From Bugula neritina (lineage: Eukaryota > Animalia > Bryozoa): a stretch of DNA of 64,000 nt. Each line of letters begins with the position of its first letter. The first letter of the stretch is position 1. Of this stretch, positions 61,201-64,000 are shown piece by piece. A program made the position numbers and the translations under genes. The notes below the pieces were generated by a model. It did no database searches, had not been told where the DNA came from, and saw only the letters and a program-made list of their open reading frames with translations. The stretch lies in contig OZ037765.1 in assembly GCA_964035545.1 (NCBI GenBank), positions 4,722,698-4,786,697 of the forward strand, in the 5' to 3' direction.

Positions 61201-61610
61201 AAATAACAGAATACATGTTGGTCTAGTGCCCTGGCCACTGTTGGGGCTGATGCATCTGGGATAGCCAGAGCATCCGCCCACCTAGTAAAGTGGTCGGTTA
61301 GTACTAAGATCCAATTATTGCCTCTGGGGGTCAGGGGCATGGGTCCGACCAGGTCTACAGCGACTACTTGCCAGGGCCTACCAGCATATAGCCTCCGCCG
61401 TCCTGCTTCACCAAGGGGGCGGCTATGCTTACTGGCCTGGCAGATCTCACACTGTTTGACTCTGAGTCGGACGTCACGCTCCATTTGTGGCCAATACCAC
61501 CGGAGTCGTAATTTGGATATCACTCTCTTGACCCCTGCGTGGGCCTGTTTGTGAGTATCCCAAATCAACTCACGGCGGATGGCCGTGGGGCATTGGGACA
61601 AAACAATGAT
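58226..61610 (-). mobile_element. 3' half of a Ty3/gypsy element: frameshifted integrase (~60169-61610), zinc-finger ORF, PPT, LTR 58226-58530
   Basis: HHCC motif (H..AHAG..CEIC), DLVGP, IHSDQG, VERNNR, KFVGPY; PPT GCTGGAGGGGGCAG before a TG...CA LTR. Confidence 0.88.
58798..59871 (-). pseudogene. Zinc-finger accessory ORF broken by one TGG>TAG change (59470-59472)
   Basis: In frame across the stop and aligned end to end with 51049-52059. Confidence 0.72.
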
Positions 61611-62236
61611 TTTTGCAGCTCTAATGAGCAATTTTTAACTGATTCTACTGCAACCAGAGATTATAGTACATCAATGTGTTATGTTTTAAATCTAGCGCAG
61701 ATTTGCAAATTTTTTAAAAATCTAGATACATAAGATTGGGGAGCTCAAATGGGAAGCACTCATCTACCACCCTATATAACTTATGATCACAGAAGGCCAA
61801 GTTCAATGACTTGATGCTTCCGCTCATTGACAGCAATAGAGAATTTTTTTGTCCGAAAGCAGCAACAATATTGATGTTTTCGATTTTTCTAAACCTAAGG
61901 CTGTCTAATACAAAATTTTCTTTTTCAGCTGCATTTGATTTGTGAAACAACAAACATGGTTTAACACCATCCCATAAGATAGGATTATAGGTAGTAGCAG
62001 TAGCAGCAGTATTAGTACATTTCTCACATCTCCAAGTAATCGAAAATCTGCTGATTACAATACTAACAATCAATTAATTCCATGCATGTTATATAGAGTA
62101 GTTGCATGTTTTCAATTCTAGGAGCATTCTCAGAGATGGACACGAGTCTCACTGAAGCGAATCTGTCTACTTGTTACCAAATTTGTTATTGCTGCTTAGC
62201 TGATAATTTTTCTAATTGAAATGGATTTTGCAATAA

Positions 62237-62630
62237 TGTAGTGGCCATGAGAAGTATTGTTATAATTTGCACAATTACTATGCGTGGATTCTGCTTGCGT
62301 ATTCAGTATTTATTCACAACTAGCAATTACTAGAGTAGTAGCCGTATAATAATCTTTATTATTCACAATAAACACAATATAAAACATTACACTAATTTAC
62401 AATACCACAGTAGCCATTTAATACGTGTGTTCACTCTGAGTCCTCGCTCACAACAACGTGATAACTGCTAGCTAAAGCGGAAACTGTCACTTGATCGGAA
62501 GATGGACTTCCGGCCCTTCTCATTGGATGATAATATAATGAGGCCTTTCGTATTCCCCCAAGGAAGAGGAGATTATTCATATTATTATACTACGTAACCC
62601 ATTACAGTATACCCTCCCCCCCCCCCCCCA
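62237..62630 (-). mobile_element. LTR (62237-62606) with adjacent poly-G PPT
   Basis: TGTAGTGG...CCATTACA imperfect inverted termini followed by a C-run on the plus strand. Confidence 0.55.
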
Positions 62631-63230
62631 GTACCTCATGTCTAAATATTCACAAGAACAGCTACAATGTATTATGAAGTATTAGGCAGAGAGACCACAA
62701 CCTCGTGAGCGATGCCGCAGTCCTACATACGGTGACACTGCCGTAACCTTCTACCACCCAGTCAACAATAACCTGCTGAATATAATATAAACAGCACTTT
62801 TTGGCGCCCAGCCTAAGTATGAGAACTATTGAATAGACTAAGATACTGTTGTATAACTGTTTTACAGTGCTGTGAAAAAGTTTAAGGACGCCTTCCTGTT
62901 TTCCATAATAGCAATGTTCCAAGCTAATTTTAAGACATAACTAATGCATTTCCATAGGCATGGTGCCTATCAAAATGATCCTTAAGATCTCCTTATCTCA
63001 TTCATATAAATTATAGGTGTCTCTTTTTACATCCTCCAAAAACTTGGGTGAAACAATGAGATACTATGCATATATGGGAACTATTCAACGTTCTCACAAT
63101 TTGTGTGTACTGTAGGACATCAGAATATTTTACTTGAAACATAGAAAAATATTATATGTGAATTGTTATACACATTATAGCAGCATTGCAACACACAGTG
63201 CTTTAAATTTTAGTATCAATATTTTGTTGG

Positions 63231-64000
63231 CTAGCCTTTATTCTCAATCACAAGTCGGCAGCGACGAGGCAGCGACTCGTACAGCTTCTCCAACTCGTTT
63301 TCAGTCACCACATAATGCCATGCATGAATTACAGGCTCTATGAGTGTCACCTTAGTTGTTGGTTTCTGTGAAGAGACTATTTTAGCCATTTTTGACCATG
63401 AATTTCTTATTGGGTTCGAGTCCCGACTGTGTGCTGGCCAGTTAAGCGTTGAGACCCTCTGTTTTTTCAACCACTCTTTAGCAGATTTTGCCCAATGGCA
63501 TGGTGCATTGTCATTTTCAAATATGTTAATTTCATTTAAAAAGAAGTTTTTTATGATTGGAAGATGTTTAGCATTAAGATTCTCCATATATGTTTGAGCA
63601 TTAACATCATTCCAGAGCAATTACTGAGTCGAGCTACACTTTTTCATGTTATACAACCCCAGAACATAACACTGATAGGGTGCTTAATTGTTCGAAGAAG
63701 ACATTAGGGGTTATATTTCTCATACTGGTATCTTCTAACGCAACAGTTTCCAGCATGATTGTTCACATTAAATATGGATTAATCTGAAAAAAATACTTTT
63801 TTTCTAATCATTCACTGTCTAATTACCAGGCTCCCTGGCCCACCGTAACCGGCTTTTTTGCTGCTTCTCAATTGGTTGAGACTTCCTTTTGCTTTGCGGC
63901 CATGTAAACCATGGCTCAGCAATCTTGCCTTATCAGGGATGTCGAAGCTGGTGTTCCTGTTGATTCTGACTATTCCTTGCCTACTCAAGACTTGTTTTAT
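63231..64000 (-). mobile_element. Degraded Tc1-like transposase
   Basis: IFENDNAPCH..K..L.WPAHSRDSNPIRNSW is a decayed QDNAPCH...WPxxSPDLNPIENLW; upstream FSD-like motif in a broken frame. Confidence 0.8.

Noticed and set aside
58226-61610. Nearby gypsy element as the helper for the Gag-Env element
   Set aside because: It is truncated and frameshifted, and its LTR is unrelated in sequence and length.

Overview
AT-rich, intron-containing animal (probably invertebrate) genomic DNA, not prokaryotic. The first ~18 kb holds three host genes: exon 1 of a secreted glutathione-peroxidase-like gene (-), a 3-exon UBTD1/2-like gene (-), and a 21-exon MMS19 gene (+, ~935 aa) arranged head-to-head with UBTD. 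From ~22.7 kb the region is rearranged. It contains (i) a second MMS19 copy, open for ~482 codons with patchy, heavy amino-acid change; (ii) a third, internally deleted MMS19 copy; and (iii) a tandemly amplified 5-6 kb mosaic of MMS19 3' end, LINE, gypsy and LRR fragments. The standout is a very young 7.3-kb LTR retroelement (23051-30384) in intron 1 of MMS19 copy 2. It has 687-bp LTRs, an ATGT target-site duplication, a PBS-like site and a PPT, but no pol. Its single 1337-aa ORF joins a Ty3/gypsy-type Gag capsid to a class III (gB/chuvirus/rhabdovirus-G-like) fusion glycoprotein whose tail carries PSAP and LYPxL late-domain motifs. Also present are a pogo-like DNA transposon seen as full, empty and footprint alleles, and two gypsy elements with a conserved extra C2H2 zinc-finger ORF. 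All family assignments come from motif recognition by eye; no database searches were run.
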